A stretch of 64,000 bases of DNA. Origin: Octopus sinensis (taxonomy: Eukaryota). The notes beneath the pieces were generated by a model. It worked only from the letters and a program-made list of their open reading frames with translations, did not search any database and was not told the origin of the DNA. Made by a program: the position numbers and the translations under genes. Positions 14,214-25,570 of the stretch are shown piece by piece (positions within the stretch are counted from its first letter, which is position 1; each line of letters starts with the position of its first letter). The DNA is taken from assembly GCF_006345805.1 (NCBI RefSeq), contig NC_043004.1:37386001-37450000 (forward strand), in the 5' to 3' direction.

Positions 14214-17200
14214 GTAAAGATAAACACTTTTAATTGTGATAACGAAACATGAAGTTTAGTCTTACTACCAAAATTCATTTCTCTAAGGAAAAATAAGGGT
14301 GATGATGTCTTCATTCCATCTGATCTACCCTATGAATTTAAACGGCTTCAGTTCCCAGTGAAACTAAGTTTTGCTATGTCCATAAACAACTCTCAAGCAT
14401 AATCTCTCTCAACATTGTTGGACTTAATCTTGCTTCTCTCATGGGCAATTATATGTAGGATGTTTGTGAGTTGGAAGTCCCAAAACTCTTTTTCTTTTGT
14501 ACACCAATTAAAGAACACACTGAAAACATTAGACTGTGATTGATTTCAGGATTTGTTTTAATAACTTTATATTAGCATCATCTGATAGAATTTTTCTGAA
14601 AATATCTTTTTTATCAGAATAAATATATTTACTTCCTTTAACATTCTTTAAACTTCTGAGCAACGCTGGGTGCTCAGGCTAGTACAATATAAAAAAGGCA
14701 AAGGTAGCATCGGAAATATGTCAAGTGCTCTTGCTAGTGGGTTAATTATCACCTCTACTTTAGCTTTATACCACACCCTGCTCTTTCTTTCTCTGGTAAA
14801 CACGGCAAGTGTGAACTGAATGAGTGATGGTAAAATGAATGTAGAATGAAATTTATATGTCTGGCAAACCTTCTTTTCAGATGTAGGATGCTGCCCACCA
14901 TTCTCATATCTCCTCTTGACACCACTTTCTCCCCCTTAGAGTTGGTACACTCAACATTTTGCAGAATTGAAAAGTAGGTCTGATGAGAGAGTTGAGATGC
15001 CGGAGTGAAGGCATGTAGATGTGTGTTGCATCCAAGAGGTAAGGCAAAGGGCAGCTTCTGCTAGGTTCCTTACAGGCAAAGGACATAGGTATGAAATAGT
15101 AATGGGGTTGGTGACATGAGCATACTTTTTTGCTGAGAAATGGGTTAAGGCAATTGAGGTAGACAGAATGTCTGATATGATACCTAAACTTAGACCAGTG
15201 TTGCAAAGTGGAGTAACAATTATTATTTCTGCTTATGCTCCTCAACTGGGGCTGCCAGATGAACAGAAAGATCGATTTTAGGACACCCTTTTGCACACTA
15301 ACTTGTCACAAATGACAGTGACTTCAATGAACATGTTGGACAGCATCCAGGTGGCTTCTGTGGAGTTGGTTCCTGCAATGAGTAGGGAACGAGGCTTCTG
15401 GAGTTCTGTGATGCAAATGACCTTATGATCTGCAATACTAACTTCAGGAAACCAGTCGGTCACCTGTTCACTTATCAATCTGGTGGCCATACAAGCCTGA
15501 TTAACTACATTCTCACCAGAAAGCAGGAAAGATGGCTGCTTGTAAATGCAAATTCCTTCCCAGATGAAGATTACACTCCTCAATATAGGCTAGTTGTTAG
15601 TGACTTCAGATTTCAAGCTAGAAGGATTCCAAGAAACAAAGTACGAATACTTTTTTCACCCCTAAATATTTATAATTGTGTATAAATTCATTAGTTACTA
15701 TAATTTATTAGTTTCTTTTGCATATTCTTAGTTTATGCATGTGTATGCAAATATAATATTGGTATAACCCATTTATGTTCATTAGAAATTAAATAAATAA
15801 ATAATTTTGACATGTACGAATATTTATTTCCCCCCACTGTAATGTGTATGGATGAGGACAGCTGCATGAAGAAGTGCTGAGCTCTAATTGTGAAGGGAAT
15901 CTGTGAAAAGAGTAGACCCAGGAAAATGTGGGACAAGGTGGTGGAATATGATTTTTGGTTGTTGAGCATCACAGGGGCAATGACAGTTAACTGAGACTTC
16001 TGGTGATTTACTATGCTTGAGAAGATGTCACACTCAGTGAATTGTGGTCATTGCTGCCTGTGCCAGTGACACATAAAAGGTACTCATTCTGGTAGCACAT
16101 ACAGAAATCATCCAACACACTTTGTAAAGTAGTTGGTGTTAGGAAGAGCATCCAGCCATAGAAACCAAAGCAAAACAGTCGACTAGAGCCGAGTGCGGTT
16201 TTCTAGCTTGCCAACATGGAAAGTGGACATTAAATGATGATGCACTCATGACAATGTGGGAGGTGGACATTGAACGATGATGATGATGTAGTATATATTG
16301 TCATATGTCAGGATGGTCATTTTATTTTATTTTTCCGAACAAACACATAAACTATATATTCGTTCTTCACTCATTTCTTGTTGTTCTTATTCTATCTTGT
16401 ATCCATTGTCTGGAAATCTTTCCTAAGACATCTGTGACCTCTTCAGTGGTCTTTTCCATCCTCATGTATCCTCCTCCTCCTCCACCCAGTCCATTCCCTC
16501 CTATGATGTGTATCCTGATCTGTGTGTGTGTGTGTGTATATGGGCTTGCCCACTACACTGTTTGTATCTGTGTCCTTTACATAGTCGTTGTTCTTAGTAT
16601 TTGATATGTTGACCACCACCACCACCCTTACATTTTCTCTTCTGTTGCTGCTGTTCTTAACCTTAATTTGATATTGTTCTTGTATCTTTCTGTGTTTGTT
16701 CATGCAGTTGTGGTTGTTGTTTGTGAAGCTACTGTTTGTGTGTATTTGGGTTTGCTTACTATATCGTCTGTATCCATGCACTTCATGTTTTTTATATTTC
16801 TTTTCATAAACATGCATATATACACATAGATATACAGACAGATCATCATCCTTGTTGAAAGAAATACATTAGAAGGTTATGTGACAATCTGCTGCCCTCC
16901 TAAGGCTGGTGACCTTCTCTTATAGGAGAGTCTGTTATCTGTGGTTGGGCCTAGTATGATGTGATCACACTTCTCAATAAAACATTTGAAAGTTTTGTCA
17001 TTAAGTTTCAATTGCATATTTGTGAATTATTCTAATATCCAAAATTTCTATTTTAACATAAATTCTAAATTTTTACATTTCTTATAAAAGCTATTTTCTA
17101 AATGTCAGTTTTTAACACATTTTTTTCAGGCTCTATTCCAACTTCTTGAGACTAATGTAATTATCAAATGCCGTGAACAAGATGTAAATTCAGTCAAGGT

Positions 17201-20200
17201 CAGTTATAGCTTTTCATTCATTTATTTGTTCTCATTAGTGGATGGTACCATGTTTTGTTAATTACAACTATTGCAGTTAATTTATTATTTGATTTTTTTT
17301 TTTATTTTCTTTTGCAACTGTTAGAAATGAAATATTTCTAAAATTTCATTTGTAGGCCTCTATCTCAGTCAAATCTATAATAGACATAAAGGCACCGCAC
17401 TAATTTGATTTCCAATTATTTTACAAAAATAAATTTGGTTCAAAATATTTCCCCTTTCTGATAATGTTTGTTTCTGCTTTGTATAATTCAGATCTTAGGA
17501 ATATCTTGAAAACAGGTAAGGATTAGTGACAGGAAGAGCATCTAGTTATAGAACAATACCTCAGCAATACGTAGCATGGAAAAACAAATGTAAAAGATTA
17601 TGGCAAGCTGGCAAAACCATTAGCACAACAGGTTCAAATTCTTAGCCGCGTTTTGTCCATCTTTAGATTCTGAGTTTTAAAATTCTGCCAAGGTCAATTG
17701 CCATTTATCTTTTTGGAATTAACAGAATAAGTACCAGTTGAGTATTGGGGGTCAGTGTAATGGACTGGCCTACTTCCCTCAAAATGTTAGGCCTTCTGCC
17801 TAGAATAGAAATTGCAGATGTTTAATGAGCAGCTAATTCACAAAAGGTTTTTTTATATATGAATTGCAGAACTGAGAGTCGTATCAGAGTACCATAAGTA
17901 GTTTTAGTTGTATAATAATAATCCTTTCTACTATAAGCACAAGGCCAGAAATTTTTTGTGGGGAGGGGCCAGCCAATTACATGAGCCCCAATACTTGTAC
18001 TTATTTCAACCCCAGAAGGATGAAAGGCAAAATCTGAGCTCAGGACATGAAGATGGATGAAATGATGGTAAGCATTTTGTCTGGCATGCTAATGATTCTG
18101 CCATCCTTGCTGCCTAAATAATAATGGTAATGATTTCAAATTCTGGCACAAGGCCTGCAATTGGGGGCAAGGGTCAAGTCGATTACATCAACCCCAGTAA
18201 TCAACTGTTATTTATTTTATTGACCCCCAAAAGGCTGAAAGGCAAAGTTGATTTCAGTGCATAAGAACGGACAGAACACCACTAAGCATTTTGCTCGGTG
18301 GTGCTAACGATTCTGCCAGCTCTCTGCCTTGATGATGATGATGACAAAAGTGCAATTGGTGCTTTTGTGTGTGTTTTATTTTAAATACCATTAATTCATA
18401 TTGATCACACCATTGTTCTTTGAACATGTATTTTTTCTATTAAAACTTCTTGCTAGCATGGGTTGGTTGGTTTAACCAGGACTGGTAAACCTGGAAGGCT
18501 GCACCGGACTCCAGTCTGATTTGGCATGGTTTTCTGCAACTGGATACCTTTCCTAACACTCACCACTCTGAGAGTGTAATGGGAGCCAATTTGCATGACA
18601 CCAGTTTCTGCCACAACTGCGATTTTACTCGGCTTGATGGGTCTTCTCTAGCACGACATAATGCCAAAGGTCTCAGTCAATTGCCTCCATGAGGCCTAAT
18701 ACTCAAAAGGAGCTCAGCCACTTTGCCTCCGTGGGGCCCAGCGCTCGAAAGGAACTCGGCCACTTTGCCTCCGTGAGGCCCAGCGCTTGAAAGGAACTCG
18801 GCCACTTTGCCTCCATGAGGCCCAGCGCTTGAATTGTGTTCTTTACATGTCACCGGCATGGATGCCAGTTACATGACAACGATTTCACTTGGTTTGATGA
18901 GTCTTCTCAAGCACAGCATATCGCCAAAGATCTTGGTCGCTAGTCATTGCCTTTGTGAGGCTGAAAGTTCAAAGATCATGCTTTACCACTTTGTCCCATG
19001 TTTTTCTGGGTCTACCACTTCATTTCAACTTAGGATTCACTAAACTTATTTTGAGAAACAAAAAAAAAACAATTCCAGCTTCTCTTTTCTTTTTACATTT
19101 TTTTAATTTTTATTTCATTTTCAAGGAAGTTTTACCTCAGTGTCAAGAGAACTTCAAGGCTGCTACTTACAAAGATGTAAAAGTAACTATCAGTACAGAT
19201 AGTTTTCTATCCAGTTCAGTGTAAGTATTTGAATATAATTCAGATTTTATGCTTTTGCATCAAAATCTATTGTCATGGGTTTGAAAGCTTTACATTGCTG
19301 CATCATTCCATTCATCAAGCATTCTGATACGACCCACATACATTTTCATAAATCTTACTTGAAACTTATAGAAATTAAACCATTACCAGCTGAGGATTAT
19401 TTTTCATCCAGCATGTATTAAAGCATTCATATTCCATGTCCAAAACTACATATTCATTCTTTCTCCATATATTGCCTTCAGTCTCCATTCTTTTAATATA
19501 ATGTCATCAGAAATATTTTGTTTTTGGATTTGGTTTGCAAGATTCTTTATATGAGTTCGTGTGTTGAAGCATATTCTGTTGTGTCTGGGGAGAGTCAAAA
19601 CTATTGAAAAGGTTGCAAGACGCAACGAAAATTTTAGGAAAATAAAAATAAGAAAAAAAGTGGAAATTTTACCTGTGTGTGTGTGTGTGTGTTATATTAT
19701 AAGGCACAAAAAGAAAATGACTCTCCCCAGACACAACAGTCGTTAGAAATGTTGTCCTCTCTCGTGTTTTGCTTCATTTTTTTTTTTCTGGAAGTTAGGT
19801 ACATCATTCTGCCCAGTTTAGCATCAGCTCTAGACTCTTATGGTAAGCACTTGGTTCTGGTAGGGGATCCCTGTAACCTCTTGATGCACCATCATCTTCA
19901 ACACTTGACCAAGATGCCAAAATCCAGAACTAAATCCACTGGCCTCTCTCTTTCTTCCATCCCTCCTTTCTCTAACATTCACAGACTTCACTGCAACCCT
20001 GAGCTCACTCACCTCTTATTAATTTGTAAATCTCACATCCTACTCTTCTCCAACCTCCTACATTAATTATGTTGGTCTGATCTTAACTAATTAATTTATA
20101 ATTGTACCACATATAATTAGTATTCTTTTTTTTTTCTTTAGATCTGGTGGAGTGGAAGTCTTTGCCCAACAAGGAAAAATCAAAGTTGTCAATACTTTGG

Positions 20201-22100
20201 ACAAAAGACTTGATCTCATTAGCCAACAGGTAACAGAACTTATTTACTTTACTGCATCACCTGTTTTAGGTTCATTTGTTTTTGTTTTATTGCAACCCTA
20301 TTATACACATAACAAATATGATATCCCTTCATGTGATTTTCTATTTCATATCAAATATTTTGGGAATATGAAATTTTTAACCTGCTTCAGAAAATTAAAA
20401 GAAAGGAAAAAAAAGAAGAATGAGCTATTAATCGTTGGAGCAGAATTTGGCAAGACAAAATGCAGTTTGGCTTCATAGTCAGGCAACTGCAAGAGAAGTA
20501 CTTAGCTAAGAATAAACCATTATACTTGGCATTTGTTGATCTAGAGAAAGCTTTCGATAGAGTACCCTGCTGTGTGATATGGTGGGCTCAAGGTCAGCTG
20601 AATAGTTTGTGAAAGCTGTAATGGTTAGGGTCTGTAAGGTGAGAGAGTTAACAAGTATAGGTGGGGGTTCATCAAGGCTCAGTCCTCAGTCTCCTCCTTT
20701 TCATCATTGTCCTCCAGGCCATAACAGAGGAATTCAAGACCAGCAGCCCCTGGGAACTACTGTATGATGGTGATCTTGCCCTCATAGCAGATTCCATATC
20801 AGAGGTAGTAGAGAAATTCCAGATATGGAAGCAAAACCTGGAATCTAAGGTCCTTAAGGTTAATATATCGAAAAGACTAAGGTCTTAGTAAGAAAGAAAA
20901 CAGGCAGGACCCTACCCACTTCAGGTAGGTGGCCCTGCTCAATTTGTAGGGAAGGTGTAGGCAGGAACTCCATATGGTGTACCCAGTGTAAGGTATGGAC
21001 ACACAAGATGTGCAGAGGGTTAATCAGAAGTTATCAGAGAAAGTACTATTTATATGTGGAAGATACACAGGATCCATAGAAACTACAGATCCTGGGGAAA
21101 TTGATGCTCTCAAATGCCCTGGTGGCTCGTTAGAAGTAGTGGATCATTTTTGCTGCCTAGAAGACCAGATTAGTTGTGGGGAAGGATGCACAGAGAGTGT
21201 AATAGGTTGAATAGGATGGAGGAAATTCAAAGAGCTTTTTACCTCTGTTGGCTATGAGAGGTTTCACTCTTTGAGTGTAAGGAAGATTGTATGACACATG
21301 TATATGGACAGCAATTTTACATGGTAGTGAGATGTGGTTACTGAATGCTGAGGACATGCAAAGTTTGGAGAGGAATGAGGCTAGTATGCTCCACTGGATG
21401 TGTAATGTAAGTGTACCTGTTTGACAGAGTGCAAGTGTTTTGAGAGAGAAGTTAGGCATAAGAGGAATTGGTTGCTGTGTGCAAGAGAGAAGAATGCACT
21501 GGTTCATGTTATGTTGATGGATGCCGACAGTTGCATAAAGAAGTGTCGGTCTCTCAAAGTAGATTGGACACATGGAAGAAGGGAGACCCAGGAAGACATG
21601 GGACAAAGTACTGAAGGATGACCTCAGGACACAGAATTTTTCAAATGAAATGACCAAGGTACCTAATGCCTTGCTGTGCTCAAGAAGATTGTACTCAGTG
21701 TTAACCCCACTAACACCCACCAGGTTTGGCCTGCAAGAGTCCTATGCCGGTGCCACTGTAAAGTGGTTGGGTATTAGGAAGGGCATCCAGCCGTAGAAAC
21801 CATGGCAAATCAGGCTGAGCCTGATACAGCTCTCCATTAAATGACAGTGATGATGGTCAGTGATTGTTGAGATGGAGGTTAGCATTTCACAGTTTTTTTT
21901 ACCTTGGAAAACAAACATTAAATGATGATCTCACACACATAGTATAACTTTTGCATTGACATCACTCTAATTTCTGATGTCTTTTGATTGATATATTTTC
22001 TATTGACCTTTGTTCCCAATATTTTTTCTTCTTTCAGATGTTGCCACAATTGAGAGAAATACTTTTTGGGAAGAATGTTAATCGCAGATTCTTGAATTAG
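4868..22100 (+). CDS. ATP6V1E1: V-type proton ATPase subunit E, spliced CDS, 5'-partial (exons 2-9)
   Basis: Eight GT-AG exons (66,110,67,90,69,95,88,63 nt) join in frame to [92 protein letters not shown]...[49 protein letters not shown], the recognisable V-ATPase E sequence. The first ~11 codons are not in the window. Confidence 0.97.
5880..7375 (+). mobile_element. RTE-clade LINE fragment (RT C-terminal half)
   Basis: [12 protein letters not shown]|[32 protein letters not shown] and [28 protein letters not shown]; frameshifts downstream. Confidence 0.9.
5944..6328 (+). mobile_element. Full-length tRNA-derived SINE (~385 bp)
   Basis: tRNA-like head with A box TGGCCCAGTGG and B-box-like GTTTCGATTCC; 7-bp TSD AATAGTC at 5937-5943 and 6329-6335. 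A related copy lies on - at ~52260-52552. Confidence 0.88.
7990..8560 (-). mobile_element. Degraded RTE LINE fragment
   Basis: Similar to the minus-strand RTE segment at 51440-51760 (GRQ/TD..F..RQLQ and pre-RT region). Confidence 0.55.
9415..9524 (+). CDS. ATP6V1E1: ATP6V1E exon 3
   Basis: ttttcag|GCAGAAGAA...AAGAAAAT|gtatgt; [36 protein letters not shown]. Confidence 0.97.
10760..10898. repeat. Compound (TG)n/(TA)n microsatellite
   Basis: Direct reading; similar tracts at 4007-4050, 10570-10623, 33990-34033 and 59262-59290. Confidence 0.95.
12210..12276 (+). CDS. ATP6V1E1: ATP6V1E exon 4
   Basis: ttttcag|CCAAAGC...ATAAAA|gtaaat; (I)[22 protein letters not shown]. Confidence 0.96.
12330..12690 (-). 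mobile_element. CORE-like SINE
   Basis: Minus strand CACCTTGGGCAAGTGTCTTCTCCTATAGCCCC; homologous copies at ~43080-43450 (+) and ~59760-60120 (+). Confidence 0.65.
13270..13577 (+). mobile_element. RTE 3'-UTR copy with GTGCC-NGT-GGCAC modules and (GAT)n tail
   Basis: Near-identical to 30320-30650; the same tail follows RTE coding ends at 15835-16290 and 21600-21860. Confidence 0.8.
13701..13790 (+). CDS. ATP6V1E1: ATP6V1E exon 5
   Basis: tttctag|GACGTT...ACACAG|gtaaaa; [30 protein letters not shown]. Confidence 0.96.
13905..14683 (+). mobile_element. Non-autonomous Helitron/Helentron-like element (5' end uncertain)
   Basis: 3' hairpin CTGAGC-AACGCTGGGT-GCTCAG (14656-14677) followed by CTAG|T. 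Confidence 0.55.
14930..16290 (+). mobile_element. Internally deleted RTE LINE (AP-endonuclease part plus 3' end)
   Basis: LRVGTLN..., [32 protein letters not shown], then the RTE 3' end and GAT tail. Confidence 0.8.
17130..17198 (+). CDS. ATP6V1E1: ATP6V1E exon 6
   Basis: ttttcag|GCTCTA...GTCAAG|gtcagt; [23 protein letters not shown]. Confidence 0.96.
18450..19030 (-). mobile_element. RTE 3' end with internal 42-bp tandem repeat
   Basis: Minus-strand RTE terminus; three 42-bp units at 18706-18831. Confidence 0.7.
19126..19220 (+). CDS. ATP6V1E1: ATP6V1E exon 7
   Basis: tttcaag|GAAGTT...TTCAGT|gtaagt; [31 protein letters not shown](V). Confidence 0.94.
20142..20229 (+). CDS. ATP6V1E1: ATP6V1E exon 8
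   Basis: tctttag|ATCTGGT...CAACAG|gtaaca; [29 protein letters not shown]. Confidence 0.96.
20475..21860 (+). mobile_element. RTE LINE RT fragment in the last ATP6V1E intron
   Basis: [29 protein letters not shown]; [25 protein letters not shown]; degenerate YDGD catalytic motif. Confidence 0.9.
22038..22100 (+). CDS. ATP6V1E1: ATP6V1E exon 9 (terminal, stop TAG)
   Basis: ctttcag|ATGTTG...AATTAG; [20 protein letters not shown]. Confidence 0.96.
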   Translation: MLPQLREILFGKNVNRRFLN

Positions 22101-22492
22101 TTATCCTTTTAAAGTTAATCGGTTTTTTTTTAATTCTTCAAAGCGTTCCATTGTTTGGGTCATTAGTCAGATGAGACTTTTTTTTTTTTTTTTTACGTGT
22201 AATATAAAGTCTGATTAATTCTAGATCTTACATCTCAAAATTATTAATCATTGTTTTTGAAATTGATTGGATCACATACAATCCTACTTTTAATTCTAGT
22301 TGTGATTTCAATTATAGATTTTTGTTCATTCCAAATTTTATTTTTGATGTAAAATGAAATGTAAAAAGTGAATATTTCTTTCTCCAGTCATTTTCTAGCT
22401 GATTAGCAATAATTACACAGGTGGAATGGTTTCCTGTTTTCTGTAAATTTTGGGTACATTTGAATTCCATTACTTGTTAAATTTGAATATAA

Positions 22493-23605
22493 AATAAATT
22501 CATTAAAATAATATGAATTGTGTTATTTTTTATGAATGGTTAGTTGTCTTTGCTATTTAATTAAAATACTCCTCTCGAAGCTTTTGTGATGTTGCACATA
22601 TGTTGAAAAACATTCATTTTCAAGATAAATACAATAAGTTATTAATACAAAATGCATGTTAGTAAATGAAGTTATATATCAGCATGTAGAAGGCAAACAG
22701 TAGACAGCTGTCAAGGTTAAAATTTTGCTTTTTTTTTTTTAATGTCTTGTTGATGACGAATGTAAAACTACTTTATATAAAGTTTTTATTAGTTTATGAT
22801 CTTGATCAATATACACAGTTGAGTTAAAAAACAAAATTTTGATGCTTGGTTCTATATATTTATTTATAAATATATAAAGAACCTAATGTTAAAATAAATT
22901 GTCTGTTGACCATTGATTTGGAGTAATGTACAACAAGATTTGAAAAACTTGAAATCCAAAATGTCACTCAGGGGTTAGAATTAACAAAACACAATCCCTG
23001 TTTTATTGAGAATGTTTTATTTTTGTTATTTCCAACTTCATATAACTGTTGTACATGAAAAGAATATGATGTCCTAAAATCAAGTCACTATATAGGGAAA
23101 AAAATTATAGTTATTAAGTGTTGCATGGTCAGGTCATCAGTGACTAAACAAGTCCCCCCCATCAGGCTTGCCGGTGGGGGCGGGGGAGTCGGTAGAAAGC
23201 CAGCCTGACAGAAACATATCAAAAGGACGGATGAACCCCAATGTAGGGCCAACAATTATCTAGCAATGATACTGACTTAGTGTCTGATGTGTTGTAAAAT
23301 GAGAATGAGGTATGCCTCTAGAAGGTGTTACCCGAGTACTACAATGGGGCTTGGTAGCTTTTGAAGGAAGCCAGAGTGGCTGTGAGTGTCAAGACAGAGG
23401 TGAAGACCAAAGGAGTCAACCCTTGGCAAAGAAATCAGAACTGACTGATCCAATTCATGCTGAAGAGAGCATGAAGATGTAATGAATGGGCGGTGCATGG
23501 GGCTCTAACCCTCAGCCATTAAACTCAATGACTTAACTAGGTTTTCCCTGTTTATATTAGAAGTAAAAATATAAATGCATTGATTAACTTTATATGTACA
23601 ATAAA
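22493..23605 (+). promoter_or_regulatory. Candidate ATP6V1E polyadenylation signals
   Basis: AATAAA at 22493-22498, 22893-22898 and 23600-23605 in AT-rich sequence after the stop; which one is used cannot be told from sequence. Confidence 0.4.
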
Positions 23606-25432
23606 TTGTATTTGGCTATATTAATGCAATGATAAGAGTAATAGTTAATTTCCTCTTAATATCCTCGTTGAGAAGTATCAATAATTGCAATGATGGTAGG
23701 AGTTCTGTCCACCCCTACCTCTGTTTAGCCCAAATAAACCCTGACCAAGTAGACCTATGATAAAAAAAAAAAGGAGTCCAACTATAACTGTTCCATTATT
23801 CTTTTAAGGCATCTAAGACTCTTCATTGTTATTTAGATATCCAACGTGTCCTTCTTGTAAGATAAGGAAGAATTTGACTATCTGACCCCAAGGCTTCCTT
23901 TTTATCAAAAGAGGCTCCTTACAGCTCATATTGTTAAAATTCTAATACAACCTTATTCCATGACTAGAATAGTTGGACATTGTAAGTTTTAAGACCAGTA
24001 TCTTCAACACAATATTCTGTGTAGGTAGTGACTTTTTTTAAATGAAAACAATAAAAAGAAAGAGTATAAAACAATAGTAACAACAAAATGTAAACATTCA
24101 TAATGTTTGCTTTTCTGCAATGTTGTAAATTATTTAACAATGGAATAAATGAAATATTTTGAAAAGAACAAGATCAATAAATAGGGGAAAATATATCTAA
24201 AAATGAAATAACAATTCTTTTAAATTTCTATTTCCTGACATGAAAATTAGAAATTCTTTTTAGTGTTTGCCTTTTTATCTTGTTCAGTAATTCAAATATA
24301 TTTTAGTTGTATTGAAATTTCTTCGTTTAATATTTTACAGAGAATTTTAATTTCATTACAAACTTGGTGACAATGAGACATTAATTTGAATATAGTATGA
24401 CTAGGAAGTCACAAACAATCAGAAATAAATACACAGCTTAAATAATTTCATACATGTAGATATAGACATGTGTATATGTGTTGTGTATGTATAAATATAT
24501 ACACACATATTTGGAAGAATGTAAAAACCAACTCAATGGCATTACAAAATATTTTGTTCTACGGTTGTTTCCCTGTCGCATGTGAAGACTGTCTACTTTG
24601 AAATATTTACAAAATTCATCATAAGTTATTAAATGAATTTCGTTGAATGTGAAAGTCATTTAATCTGGAATATTTCTGAAATATCTGCTATGGCATTAAA
24701 GTAATAATATTATGCAGTTTAATGACATGTTAAAAAAGTTATCAATCCTGTGGAGATTTTCCAGTGTATAATCTCTTATTCAATACATATTTTATATAAC
24801 TATATACTTACATACATGTGTGTGTGTGTGTGTGTGTATTGTAAAAGTAACTGTTTTTGCCAGCAAAGACTGAACCTTTAAAATCACTTTTCATATTCTT
24901 GGCATTTATAAATTTCACAAACTTATTTAACAGCCAGAATATTATAATGCTGCAGATAAGGTGTAAATTTTCCTGACAAAAAAGTCATAACAATAAATAT
25001 AATAGCAACTTGAAAGAACATCCTTCAAATAATTTTTTATCTCTTCAAATTATAAAACGAGATAAAACAAAAATATAGGTCTAAGTTACAAGCACATTTC
25101 ACAGATTTGTATCTATGAGACAGTACAGTTTACATTAGTTCCCAGAATTATGGACTGCGAAGAATTGCTAATCTGCAATTTCACAAAATTTAAGAAAATC
25201 TCTGGGTAGATTTACTCTGCATTCAGAATATAGACATATATATGGCTGTAGTCATGTATAGCTCAAACTTCAGTCTAATTCAACATTAAAAATTGTAGCT
25301 ATGGAAGTATTCCGATTCCCGTGTAATAATAAAAAATGTAATAAACATCTGCCTACTCTTTTGATTTCGATATCAAAGATAAGAAAAGGAAATGAAAGAA
25401 TTGCTATTCAAACTACCAGAACCAACTTAGTC

Positions 25433-25570
25433 CTAGATAATAGGCCTGCTTGCATAATAAGTGTAGGTCAAATTATAATTCTTGAACATACAAAATTGAT
25501 GATCAAGTCGCATATAGCCAGGAAGTGGTTCATCTTGCAAATCTTTATAGGCGTTTCGAGCATTTGAAGC
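25433..25570 (-). CDS. AMD1: AMD1 terminal exon (stop TAG)
   Basis: ttcctttag|GCTTCA...ATCTAG; ASNARNAYKDLQDEPLPGYMRLDHQFCMFKNYNLTYTYYASRPII*. Confidence 0.92.
   Translation of the reverse strand, partial: ASNARNAYKDLQDEPLPGYMRLDHQFCMFKNYNLTYTYYASRPII

Noticed and set aside
25427-25435. Vertebrate-style AMD1 stop-codon readthrough tail ORF
   Set aside because: The stop context is TAG GAC TAA, so a second in-frame stop follows at once and no extension is possible.
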